From: Opitutia bacterium
GTDB lineage: Bacteria > Verrucomicrobiota > Verrucomicrobiia > Opitutales > Seribacteraceae
Assembly: GCA_002694035.1 (NCBI GenBank)
Contig: NZKY01000028.1
Span: 659 to 64,658, forward strand
Direction of reading: 5' to 3'
Length of the DNA: 64,000 nt
The notes under the pieces: model-generated
The model's input: the letters and a program-made list of their open reading frames with translations, nothing else
Database searches by the model: none
Told to the model about the DNA's origin: nothing
Made by a program: the position numbers and the translations under genes
Part shown: positions 18,064-27,344 of the stretch, one piece after another
Position numbering within the stretch: the first letter of the stretch is position 1
Layout: each line of letters begins with the position of its first letter

Positions 18064-20228
18064 TATTTTAAGAATTTACGTTGCCAATCAACATACTGTT
18101 TTTCGACTTTTGTTATTTGATCAGACTGACCACTCTGTTCATAGCAACGGATTGCCTGCTCGTATGATTTAGAAGCCCATTTTGAGGCACTTGGAAAATT
18201 CAGTGTGGTATCCAAATAATAGTAAGCTGCTCCTGCATAGTCTCGAATTGCTCTTTTACACTCGCCCATCATGAAAGAAGACTGTGCACGTTGCTCCAGA
18301 GTAGCATCAGTATCACTCTTCACTTCAGTAAAAGAAGACACAGCACGGTCATAAAGACTACTATCCTTGGATGCCTGCCCCACTTCATACAAAGACTCGC
18401 CTAGCCTAATTCTTGCATCGTTTGCGCTGTCATGCCATGACGAATTTGCCAATGCGGATTCAAAGTAATCCACTGCCTGCTGGTAGCTTCTTTCCTGCTG
18501 CTTTGCCTGACCGAGAATATAATTTGCATCAAAAAGAAATTCACCCCCCGTTTCGCCAAAAAGATCTACTAGCCTTTCCATAGCCGCAATTGCATCCTCT
18601 GTAGAATTTTGAGCAAGAAGCTTATTGGCCATCCAAACCAAGACTCCCGGACTAGCCGCAGGAAAATCACTACGTTGCGGGTTATAGCTTCCACCCGCCT
18701 TTGATCCAACCCGATCCAGAGTTGCCCTCATTCTAAGTTCAAGTGTTTTACTACCCGAATTCTTTGCCTGATTAAGAAGATTTGCAAATGCTACCTGGGG
18801 AGACAAATCAGAGGGAAATCCATTCTGAAGATTTTTATATTTCTTTAGATATCCCTTAAACTTTTCCATATGAGACGGGCTGGAAAAAATAGCACCCCTT
18901 GATTTTACCACATCGCTGTAAATATCTTGATCCATTCCCTCGTAATTAGCAGACAAGAAAGGAAGCAGTTTTTTTCGATCCCCAATTATTTCCTCAACTG
19001 TTCCGGAAATGGTTTCCTCAATACCTTTTCGGTCTCGATATGTAAAAGTAACCGACTGACTTGGGTTCTGTAGTTTTTCTAGAAGATCAAGAGAGCGACC
19101 ATAAAGTTTATTATACTCATCATATTTTTCAGTATACTTATTTAAAATTCCATCTACCCCGACATTGTTTGGATCATTACCATATTTCTCAATATCCTTG
19201 TAATACAGATTGAGCATATCCGATGGTCTCCCAAGCATTTCACTAGCAAAACCAATTTTCTCAGTAGCTTCCGAAATACGGGCTTCATTACTTTCAGAAA
19301 ACTTCTCCGAATATGATTTGAACAAACTTTCCATATTCGAATAATAAACGAAAGAAGCTACATCATATAATTCACCATAATCGAGAGACTTATCTCCATT
19401 AAGATCGAATTCACTAAGGCTTTTATCTGCGTTTAAACCGATAGAGTTATATTCAGAAGACTGTAGCACTTCATCCTTATTTTTATCAAAGCTAAGGTAA
19501 TGGTCAACAACACCTTCCGGGTTATCGGCAACTCTTTCAAGAAGACCTCCTTCATTAAATGTTGCATCCGTTATCAATCTCATCTCCTGAGATTTTTCTC
19601 TTACAAAATTATAGTTTTTTTGGGCACTTTCAATCTGATCGAATGTTGGTTGTTCATCCGGTTTTACATCACTAATCGCAAGATCTCCTAAACTTAAATA
19701 AGCTTCCGCCACCATTTTATCATCCGGGAATTTAGTCACATATTCCTCAAAAAGACGAATGGCGTTTGGATTGTCTTGTGAACCCTGGTATGCAACTGCC
19801 AGTCTAAACATAGCATCCTTGTAATATTCTTCATCAGGGAAATGTCTCGCTTTCCCGCCGCCACTCCATTTTTCATTTATTGATTCCTGACCTGTCGAAA
19901 TAGTCTTACCTCCTCCCGCCTTATCAGTAATTTTCCATGTGGATCCGTTAAACCACATGAAAAAACCATCACCATTTGCATACACAGGCTTTCCATTTTT
20001 TTCTTCACCGGATGGAAGATAAACCCCATTGGGATCGGGTAATTCTTTAGGTTCAGGCTCAGGTTCAGGCTCAGGTTTTTCCTCAACAACTTTTTCAGGT
20101 TGCTCAACAGGTGTTTGAGTCTCCTTGTCGGCATTTGTTGTCTCACTGGTTGAAATTTCTTCTTCTCCTCCACATGAAAAGAAAAGAAAAACAGCAAGCT
20201 GTACGAGTGTAGAAAGAAAAATTCTCAT
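18063..20228 (-). CDS. TPR lipoprotein with Pro/Glu linker and EF-hand-like pair
   Basis: Start ATG 20228 behind a GGGGGAAG purine tract; LAVFLFFSC lipobox-like; KPEPEPEP linker; TPR-like units (AIRLFEEYVTKFPDDKMVAEAYLSLGD, ANYILGQAKQQERSYQQAVDYF, SSFMMGECKR). Confidence 0.75.
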   Translation of the reverse strand: MRIFLSTLVQLAVFLFFSCGGEEEISTSETTNADKETQTPVEQPEKVVEEKPEPEPEPEPKELPDPNGVYLPSGEEKNGKPVYANGDGFFMWFNGSTWKITDKAGGGKTISTGQESINEKWSGGGKARHFPDEEYYKDAMFRLAVAYQGSQDNPNAIRLFEEYVTKFPDDKMVAEAYLSLGDLAISDVKPDEQPTFDQIESAQKNYNFVREKSQEMRLITDATFNEGGLLERVADNPEGVVDHYLSFDKNKDEVLQSSEYNSIGLNADKSLSEFDLNGDKSLDYGELYDVASFVYYSNMESLFKSYSEKFSESNEARISEATEKIGFASEMLGRPSDMLNLYYKDIEKYGNDPNNVGVDGILNKYTEKYDEYNKLYGRSLDLLEKLQNPSQSVTFTYRDRKGIEETISGTVEEIIGDRKKLLPFLSANYEGMDQDIYSDVVKSRGAIFSSPSHMEKFKGYLKKYKNLQNGFPSDLSPQVAFANLLNQAKNSGSKTLELRMRATLDRVGSKAGGSYNPQRSDFPAASPGVLVWMANKLLAQNSTEDAIAAMERLVDLFGETGGEFLFDANYILGQAKQQERSYQQAVDYFESALANSSWHDSANDARIRLGESLYEVGQASKDSSLYDRAVSSFTEVKSDTDATLEQRAQSSFMMGECKRAIRDYAGAAYYYLDTTLNFPSASKWASKSYEQAIRCYEQSGQSDQITKVEKQYVDWQRKFLK
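20050..20077. repeat. In-frame 12-nt tandem repeat (GGTTCAGGCTCA)2 encoding a PEPEPEP linker
   Basis: Direct reading of 20050-20073, plus a partial third unit. Confidence 0.7.
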
Positions 20229-20232
20229 TTGA

Positions 20233-22005
20233 TTAATCTTCCCCCCTTTCCTGCAAATCACCTTCCTCAGGTACTCCACCTAGAGGCAAACCCTCAATAT
20301 TGACTCCAACAACAGCACCTAAAAGTGGCTTTGCCTCATCGAACTTACCAGTTGCGAGTAAAGCCAATCCGCTCATGTAATGTGCGGTCGGCATGGATGG
20401 ACTTTTAAAAAATGCTTTATTGTTAACATATCCATTGGCACGATTCATTACACCATTTTCAAAACCAGCAAATTTTTCCAAAAGACCATTAAAGTTTTTG
20501 CGCTTAAAATAAACGGATCCCATCATTCCGACGAAATCCTTAGCATACTTATGTTCAGGCATTACATTAATAAAATCATTACAAAGAGAAAAAAATCGTT
20601 CATAATACTCCGCAGACTTAGTTTTTGACTTTTCAGCACGATCCCGTTCAGTTGTTCCCAATTCATTTTGGAGGCTGACTGCAATTTGATTTAAAGTTTC
20701 AGCTTCCTGTCTGTAAGCATTAGCCATAATAAATGTGACATCAGCACGGAATTTAGTCCATTTTTTGTTTGCAAGATATTTTTCTCCGAGTTCGATCGAT
20801 TTCTCACGGTATTTAACTGTGTTAGCAGAAGCAAATGCTGCATAAATGAAATTCTCAACATTTTCATGCTTAGGAAAATCGTTATAAAGCCAGTAAAATC
20901 CCCAAAAAGATTCCCAGTCACGTTTGGTCAATTGAAAATTATCTGCTTTTCGCCATCTCAGAACGGTGGTAAATGGAGGCGTATCCATTGCCAATTTCAA
21001 CTGACCTTTTGAACTGGTTAACTTCATAGCAATTGTATTGGACTTTTCTTTTAAAATTTCCAACCGTCGCTTCGGCATAGTGCTACCCTGTAAGGCGATA
21101 ATTTGCTCGTATTGAGAAAGTTCAGTTTGCAACTGTTTTTGCCTCTCTTTGTAAAAAGCAACAATCTCCTCGGTCGTCATTGTTAAAGCGTAAAAAAGAG
21201 ACGCTTCCACATGCCTTCCCGCATCTTTTAGTTGTGCAGCTCCTTGCATGAGGTTAACATTTAATCTTAAATCATATCTAGCCGGTGTGTCACCGGAGAG
21301 CCTTGGTAATAAGGGAAAAACTTCATCAATTCTTTTGGTCTGAACAAACATTTCAGTTAGACATGATACAGCATAAGCAGAACGATCTTCATCTTTTGCT
21401 AGGTCTGCATACTTCAAAAGTTCACGGAATGAAGGTTCACCTTTTACCCAATCCTGCTCGATATGATAACATTGAGCCCGCCCAAAATACAAATTCATCA
21501 ACTCGGACCTCTTTAAAATTTGTTTTTTGTAAGGTTTGGCTGAATCAAGTAAAAGTTCAATAACTCTAGCCGCATCTTTCCATTCATGAAGGGCACGTAA
21601 GCAATCTGTTCTCTTTTGTAAAGCCATGACAGCTTTAGGGTCATTTGGAAATTTCTCAGCGAAAAAACCGAAGGCACTTGATGCCTTTCCTAAAAAATCT
21701 TGGTTTCCCGTTTTAGCAAAACTTTGCAAATATCCAACACCACGAACGAAACCGAATTGTTGGAGAATTTTTTCCACTTCGGGATCTTCTTCATCCTCAA
21801 AACGAACTTCTAACTCGTCAAGTAAAGGGGAAGCTCCGGCAAAATCTCCCTTACCAATCAAAGCCTGAGCTTCCGAGATTACCTGCCTCAACGGCATGTC
21901 GGCAGGACTCTGTCCATGGCAAATTGTTGAGGAGAGAAATAAACTTAAAAAAAGCACCAAAACAGGTACCAACGAATATGATTTAAAAGGGTTTCTTCGG
22001 GGCAT
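20233..22005 (-). CDS. Secreted TPR-like helical repeat protein
   Basis: Signal peptide; EAQALIGKGDFAGA, FAEKFPNDPKA, YFGRAQCYHIEQDW, HYMSGLALLATGKFDEAK repeats. Confidence 0.72.
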   Translation of the reverse strand: MPRRNPFKSYSLVPVLVLFLSLFLSSTICHGQSPADMPLRQVISEAQALIGKGDFAGASPLLDELEVRFEDEEDPEVEKILQQFGFVRGVGYLQSFAKTGNQDFLGKASSAFGFFAEKFPNDPKAVMALQKRTDCLRALHEWKDAARVIELLLDSAKPYKKQILKRSELMNLYFGRAQCYHIEQDWVKGEPSFRELLKYADLAKDEDRSAYAVSCLTEMFVQTKRIDEVFPLLPRLSGDTPARYDLRLNVNLMQGAAQLKDAGRHVEASLFYALTMTTEEIVAFYKERQKQLQTELSQYEQIIALQGSTMPKRRLEILKEKSNTIAMKLTSSKGQLKLAMDTPPFTTVLRWRKADNFQLTKRDWESFWGFYWLYNDFPKHENVENFIYAAFASANTVKYREKSIELGEKYLANKKWTKFRADVTFIMANAYRQEAETLNQIAVSLQNELGTTERDRAEKSKTKSAEYYERFFSLCNDFINVMPEHKYAKDFVGMMGSVYFKRKNFNGLLEKFAGFENGVMNRANGYVNNKAFFKSPSMPTAHYMSGLALLATGKFDEAKPLLGAVVGVNIEGLPLGGVPEEGDLQERGED

Positions 22006-22081
22006 AAATGAGATAGTGAACTAATAAAAAAGACTGCAAGATTTCCCGCAAGCTTTTTCATCAAAACTGAGTCCCATGTGT

Positions 22082-23083
22082 TTAAAAATCAATACAGCAA
22101 GGACATTTGAGAACCCAATGATTTTTATTGAATTGTTCCCATTTAGGTTCACTCAATAAACTTTCCTCATATTTGTCAGCACAAACTCGATGGCCGTAAG
22201 CACAGCCCGCAGGTGGATTAATGGGAGATGGGATATCTCCTGGGATTATAATTTTCTCCCGATCAACACTCGGGTCAGGTATGGGAATCGCTGAAATTAA
22301 AGCCTTGGTATAAGCATGCAAAGGATTTACAAAAACTTCCTGAGCTGGGCCCATCTCGACAATCTTTCCAAGATACATTACGGCAATTACATCAGACACA
22401 TGTCGAACCACTGCCAAGTCATGAGCAATCAACAAATAGGAAAGCCCAAGAATTTCTTGTAATTCCATCAGAAGATTAAGGACCTGACTTTGTACAGACA
22501 CATCAAGTGCAGATACCGGTTCATCCAAAACGAGTAGTTCAGGCTCAAGAGCGAGGGCACGGGCAATTCCGATTCGCTGACGCTGCCCTCCTGAAAACTC
22601 AAAAGGATATCTTTTAACTGAACTTTCAGGAAGACCCACTTTTTCAAGTAGTTCTTCTACCTTAATATGCCTTTCATTCTTGGCGCCAATATTATGAATA
22701 TCTAAAGGCTCCCGCACAATCGAACCAACCGTCATCCTCGTATTGAGAGACTCAGCGGGGTCCTGAAAAACCATTTGTACGGATTTACAAAAATCTTTTT
22801 TTCCATGTGGGTCGTCCGAAGCATATTCCTTGAAAATAATCTTTCCACTTGTCGGTTTGACCAAACGGACGATTGACTTTGCCAATGTGGATTTGCCACA
22901 GCCTGACTCACCTACCAAACCAAGTGTCTCTCCCTTTTTGAGAGAAAAACTTACTCCATCGACTGCCTTACAAGCACCAATTGCTTTTCTAAAAACACCT
23001 CCACGTACCGGAAAATGCACCTTTACATCTGTTAATCGTAAAAACTCTTTATCTTTGTTCATCAACAAGTACACACAGGACAT
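22082..23083 (-). CDS. oppF: Oligopeptide ABC transporter ATP-binding protein (OppF/AppF-like)
   Basis: [33 protein letters not shown], and oligo_HPY tail NPLHAYTKALISAIP. Confidence 0.9.
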   Translation of the reverse strand: MSCVYLLMNKDKEFLRLTDVKVHFPVRGGVFRKAIGACKAVDGVSFSLKKGETLGLVGESGCGKSTLAKSIVRLVKPTSGKIIFKEYASDDPHGKKDFCKSVQMVFQDPAESLNTRMTVGSIVREPLDIHNIGAKNERHIKVEELLEKVGLPESSVKRYPFEFSGGQRQRIGIARALALEPELLVLDEPVSALDVSVQSQVLNLLMELQEILGLSYLLIAHDLAVVRHVSDVIAVMYLGKIVEMGPAQEVFVNPLHAYTKALISAIPIPDPSVDREKIIIPGDIPSPINPPAGCAYGHRVCADKYEESLLSEPKWEQFNKNHWVLKCPCCIDF

Positions 23084-24057
23084 GCCTCAACCCAATGACC
23101 ACTTGAAAGTTCCTTAAAGTCGGGTCGAATAGATAACTGTTCTTGGGTATGATCGCGCCCGCTTCTAGGTCCATAACGGCAACCTTGATTCAGATCCAAC
23201 AGACTGGGAACAATTCCTTCTATTGTTTTGAGTTTCGCTTTTGGGCTCCCCTTAAGCTTAGGTATCGAATCCAATAAGTCTTGGGTGTATGCATGGTGAG
23301 GTGATGCAAATATCTTCTCTGTAGATCCCCTCTCCACCACCCTGCCTGCATACATTACACAAACCTCATCACAATTTTCAGCGATAACGCCCAAATCATG
23401 AGTTATAAGCAAAATAGAGCATCCATTTTCCTTCTGCAAATTATGAAGCAAATCTAAAATCTGTGCTTGGACCGTAACATCCAATGCAGTTGTAGGTTCA
23501 TCAGCTATGATTATTTTTGGCTTACAGGCTAAGGCCATCGCTATAACTACTCTTTGTCTCATCCCTCCAGACAACTGATGTGGGTATTCATGCATACGAT
23601 TCTCGGGGGAAGGAATCCCAACAGACTCGAGCATCCCAACGGATTCAGACCATGCTTGATGGTCGTCCATTTCCTGATGTAAATGAAATACCTCAGTCAA
23701 CTGATTACCAATTTTTTGTACCGGATTTAGGGCGTTCATAGGCTCCTGAAAAATCATTCCGATCTCATTGCCTCTTATCCCCTGCATTTCCTCTGTACCT
23801 AAATCAAGAAGGTTTTTACCCTGAAAAATAATACTACCGTTTGTAATCATACTCATCGGTTGAGGTAAAAGTCTCATTATGGAATAAGCAGTAACACTCT
23901 TTCCACATCCAGATTCACCAACTACACCAACCGTTTGTCCGCGATTTATTCCAAAGCTTACTTTATCCAGTGCCTCCACTTCACCATCATCAGTTGAAAA
24001 TCGAACCGAAAGATCCGTGATCTCAAGTAATGGAGCGATCTGGTCTTTTTCGTTCAT
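23062..24057 (-). CDS. oppD: Oligopeptide ABC transporter ATP-binding protein (OppD/AppD-like)
   Basis: [34 protein letters not shown]. Confidence 0.9.
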   Translation of the reverse strand: MNEKDQIAPLLEITDLSVRFSTDDGEVEALDKVSFGINRGQTVGVVGESGCGKSVTAYSIMRLLPQPMSMITNGSIIFQGKNLLDLGTEEMQGIRGNEIGMIFQEPMNALNPVQKIGNQLTEVFHLHQEMDDHQAWSESVGMLESVGIPSPENRMHEYPHQLSGGMRQRVVIAMALACKPKIIIADEPTTALDVTVQAQILDLLHNLQKENGCSILLITHDLGVIAENCDEVCVMYAGRVVERGSTEKIFASPHHAYTQDLLDSIPKLKGSPKAKLKTIEGIVPSLLDLNQGCRYGPRSGRDHTQEQLSIRPDFKELSSGHWVEACPVCTC

Positions 24058-24073
24058 TTACACAAGTTACAAT

Positions 24074-26275
24074 TTAATTGTCTTTGTACTTTTCATAAAT
24101 CCGAATTGTAGGATTATCTTTAAGCACTTCACCCTTTTCCATAGCTTGTAAGATCTTATCTTTCTCAGTCTCATCGATCCAGAAAACCTGAAATTCTTCG
24201 TAATCCCGAGTTTCCTTGGGACCCCAGTCTTCAGGAAATTTAATCCAGTTCCAATGACCTATCCTAAGCCATGGCTTCTTCCATGCAGGAACCCAAACTG
24301 CATGATCATGAATCATTTGACTTAATTGATGGGCCATTTCAGTAATTTTGCCCAAATCTTCCTCGTCCCTATATTTATTAATCAGATGATCAATCTCACG
24401 AACGGCAGTTTGAGTAAAATTATTGGTACTTACCTTTGTTGTCAGATTAGACTTTAGCGAACCATCTTCATTAAACTTTGAATCTCCAATCTCCTGATAA
24501 GCATTATCAGAATGGTAAGGCTCCCAAAACCTTGGAAAAAGCTCAACAAATGAATTAAATGCAGAAAAAATTACTTGATGATTTTTTTCATTTGCCGCTT
24601 TCCATGCAGCTGTCGGTTCCAAAACTTTTAGCTTTAACTCCAAACCGGCTTTTTTCGCCTGTTCTTTAAGAACCACAAGGACATCCTCAAAATGCCTGTA
24701 ACCTGTGAGTAGTTCAATAGAAAGTCTCTGCCCTTTAGAATTTACCAATATACCATCTCCTCCTCTTTCGCTGAAACCGCCTTTTGCAAAATATGCAACA
24801 GCTTTTTCAATTGAGAACTCTCTTGCTTTTATTGTTGGATGGGAACGTCCACCGTAACCGTCAGCCACCGTGTTCATACGAACAAAATCACCTCGAAAAA
24901 TTTTCTCGAGAACCAAGTCAAAATTCATTGCATGATGAAACCCCTTGCGAAGATTCAAATCATTAAGGGGTGGCTTTTGTGAGTTGATTCTTAATGCGTA
25001 TGATGGTGGTGGCGTTTGATTAAAAAATGTAACTTTTGAAAGATAACCATTTTGAACCAGCTTGTGATTATCTGGTAGTTTATCATACCAAAATTCTGTC
25101 TTTGCCAAGCCGAACATATCGACACCACCTTTAAGAAATACCTCAAAGGCTTTGTTGTAGTCCCTAACAACACTTACTCTTATTTTTTCAGGATTGAAGC
25201 GATAACGGAAAAATCTTTTTTGATCCGCCCACCAATCTTTTTGTCTTATTAAAGTCACTGACTTACCTTTATCCACATTTTCAGCCAATGCCACATAAGC
25301 TCCTGTGGTAGGCTCTGGATTCCATTGGTACTTACTCAGAAATTCACCATCCAATTCTTTATAAAAATGCTCAGGTTTTGCTCTTATAGCTACCCTTTCA
25401 ACGACATCCGGCTTTGCTTTGTAAAAGGTAATTGAAAAGGTTTCTTGATCATAAAGGGTTACCTTCTGAAATTTGTCTTTTCCGTAAAAATCATTGTACC
25501 AAGGCGCTTGAATATGCTTACTCCTCATGAAATAAAAAAAGAAAAAGAAATCCGATACTTTTACTTTTTTGCCGTCACTGTATTGTGCATCAGGATCGAG
25601 CCGGAAATAAACCGTTCTGCCATCTTTTCCTACAGCCCAAGAGTTCGCAAGGCCTGGATAATATCCATCCGAATTCGGGTGAGGATGAACCAAACTTATC
25701 ACATTATAATCGAGAAGATAACTACGAAAAGCTCCATTTGCATCCGGACCAATCGTCCTTAGTGTGCGGGGAAAATCTCGCATGTAGACTTCCCAGGTTC
25801 CACCTCTTCTTGCGTTCTGAGATGCAAATTCCTGTTCCCCACTCCCATCCTGCCATTTCAAATCCTCAGGAAGACTATCTGCAGATAAAATCGAAAAACA
25901 ATCAGGATGCTTTTGATAAAATTCCAAAACATCCTCCGAACAATGAGTAAGTAAAGGATGCACTTTCCCTTCTTTAACAATGTGACCTTCAATCGACTGG
26001 GTATTGTTTGAATCTTTTGAAAAATCAAAATTAACCGGGTTATTGGACCCTTTTAATTGACGGGCAAATTCGATGGCGAATTCCCTGCCAAATTCTCTAG
26101 CCAACTCCCGAGCAAACTCACGATCGATTCCATCAACTCCTGCCTGTTCCTTGTTGTCCTGATTAACATTTTCACGGGGTGGTTTGAGTTTGGGATTCTC
26201 ACAACTGGAAAAGAAAATAACTGCAGTGATAACGATAAAAGTATTCAAGTGCTTTAATTTTTTCATTTTATTCAT
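24074..26275 (-). CDS. ABC substrate-binding lipoprotein, family 5 (YejA-like)
   Basis: Start ATG 26275 or 26266 (MNKMKKLKHLNTFIVITAVIFFSSC lipobox); ARRGGT...FPRTLRTIGP, YPGLANSW, DWWADQKRFFRYRFN, LRKGFHHAMNFD. Confidence 0.85.
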   Translation of the reverse strand: MNKMKKLKHLNTFIVITAVIFFSSCENPKLKPPRENVNQDNKEQAGVDGIDREFARELAREFGREFAIEFARQLKGSNNPVNFDFSKDSNNTQSIEGHIVKEGKVHPLLTHCSEDVLEFYQKHPDCFSILSADSLPEDLKWQDGSGEQEFASQNARRGGTWEVYMRDFPRTLRTIGPDANGAFRSYLLDYNVISLVHPHPNSDGYYPGLANSWAVGKDGRTVYFRLDPDAQYSDGKKVKVSDFFFFFYFMRSKHIQAPWYNDFYGKDKFQKVTLYDQETFSITFYKAKPDVVERVAIRAKPEHFYKELDGEFLSKYQWNPEPTTGAYVALAENVDKGKSVTLIRQKDWWADQKRFFRYRFNPEKIRVSVVRDYNKAFEVFLKGGVDMFGLAKTEFWYDKLPDNHKLVQNGYLSKVTFFNQTPPPSYALRINSQKPPLNDLNLRKGFHHAMNFDLVLEKIFRGDFVRMNTVADGYGGRSHPTIKAREFSIEKAVAYFAKGGFSERGGDGILVNSKGQRLSIELLTGYRHFEDVLVVLKEQAKKAGLELKLKVLEPTAAWKAANEKNHQVIFSAFNSFVELFPRFWEPYHSDNAYQEIGDSKFNEDGSLKSNLTTKVSTNNFTQTAVREIDHLINKYRDEEDLGKITEMAHQLSQMIHDHAVWVPAWKKPWLRIGHWNWIKFPEDWGPKETRDYEEFQVFWIDETEKDKILQAMEKGEVLKDNPTIRIYEKYKDN

Positions 26276-27338
26276 AAGTTGAAAATTTTTTGGGATCGAA
26301 AGCCTCACGAACAGCTTCCCCAATAAAAGTGACAAGGGTGAGAGTAAAAACCAATGCAGTAACCGTGGAAATAACAATCCATGGAGCGGTCCTTAGATTG
26401 CTTACCCCTTGCTTTAAAAGTTCTCCCCAACTAGGTGTTGGAGGCGGTAATCCATAGCCCAAAAAATCCAGTGCCGTAATCGAAGAAATTGCCGCAGCTA
26501 TGGTAAACGGGGCGAAAGTCACAAGGGTTGAAACAACATTGGGAAGTAAATGCTTAAATATAATCCTCACAGGACTGGCACCAATCACTCTCGCAGCTGC
26601 GATGTAATCCCTCGATTTTTCCTTATACACAGAAGCACGAATATAATAAGTCATTCCGGTCCAAGAAAACATAACCATTATTATTAAAAGAGAAGAAACC
26701 TGCCAACCAACTCCCCACCCCCCGGGCATTACTGAAACTAAAATAATGACCATATAAAGGAATGGAACATTTGCCCAGATTTCGACGAATCGCAGGCCAA
26801 GCATATCACTTTTTCCACCTAAATACCCCATCAAACTACCCGCAGCGATAGCGATCAAATAAGTTAATATAAGATAGCCAATAGCGAAAGTCATTGCTAT
26901 GCGAAAGCCATAAAGCAATCGTGCCAACACATCTCTTTCCGTTTTATCTGTTCCACAAAAATGACCTTTATTCAAATTAGGTGGAGAAAAACCTGTCGCT
27001 TCCTCATCACTGTAATCCATTTCGTAAGGTCCGAAAGGAACCATTGGCATTATAACCCAGTTGCCTGAACCATCATGATCAAATTTCCTTTTGAGCTCTC
27101 GGTAATCGACTTCGTATTCATAGTCCAAACCAAAATCTTTACCACTCATCTGTTCACCATATATGGGGAAAAAAATTTCATTATTGTATGAAACTAGTAG
27201 TGCCCTGTTGTTAACGAAGAGTTCACCAGCCAAACTTAAAAGGTAAAGGGAAACCAAAATCAAAAACGACCAATAACCCCTCTTGATCGAACGAAAGCGG
27301 GCAAGCTTCTTACGGGTAAGTGGATTGATTTGAAACAT
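26268..27338 (-). CDS. ABC transporter permease (YejE/OppC-like)
   Basis: KKLARFRSIKRGYWSF, GTDKTERDVLARLLYGFR, YIAAARVIGAS (EAA loop), GLPPPTPSWGELL. Confidence 0.9.
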   Translation of the reverse strand: MFQINPLTRKKLARFRSIKRGYWSFLILVSLYLLSLAGELFVNNRALLVSYNNEIFFPIYGEQMSGKDFGLDYEYEVDYRELKRKFDHDGSGNWVIMPMVPFGPYEMDYSDEEATGFSPPNLNKGHFCGTDKTERDVLARLLYGFRIAMTFAIGYLILTYLIAIAAGSLMGYLGGKSDMLGLRFVEIWANVPFLYMVIILVSVMPGGWGVGWQVSSLLIIMVMFSWTGMTYYIRASVYKEKSRDYIAAARVIGASPVRIIFKHLLPNVVSTLVTFAPFTIAAAISSITALDFLGYGLPPPTPSWGELLKQGVSNLRTAPWIVISTVTALVFTLTLVTFIGEAVREAFDPKKFSTYE

Positions 27339-27344
27339 TCTCAA

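Noticed and set aside
20050-20077. Short tandem repeat as a CRISPR or contingency locus
   Set aside because: Only two 12-nt units, in frame, encoding a Pro/Glu linker; no spacers or cas genes.
20229-20279. Apparent 47-nt overlap of two TPR genes
   Set aside because: Disappears with ATG 20228, which has a purine-rich RBS and begins the lipoprotein signal.
22037-22056. TTGCA-containing element upstream of the TPR operon (minus strand)
   Set aside because: No GG at -24/-25; does not fit sigma54.
26276-26377. N-terminal extension of the YejA-like ORF
   Set aside because: Lies inside the upstream permease; the signal peptide begins at 26275/26266.
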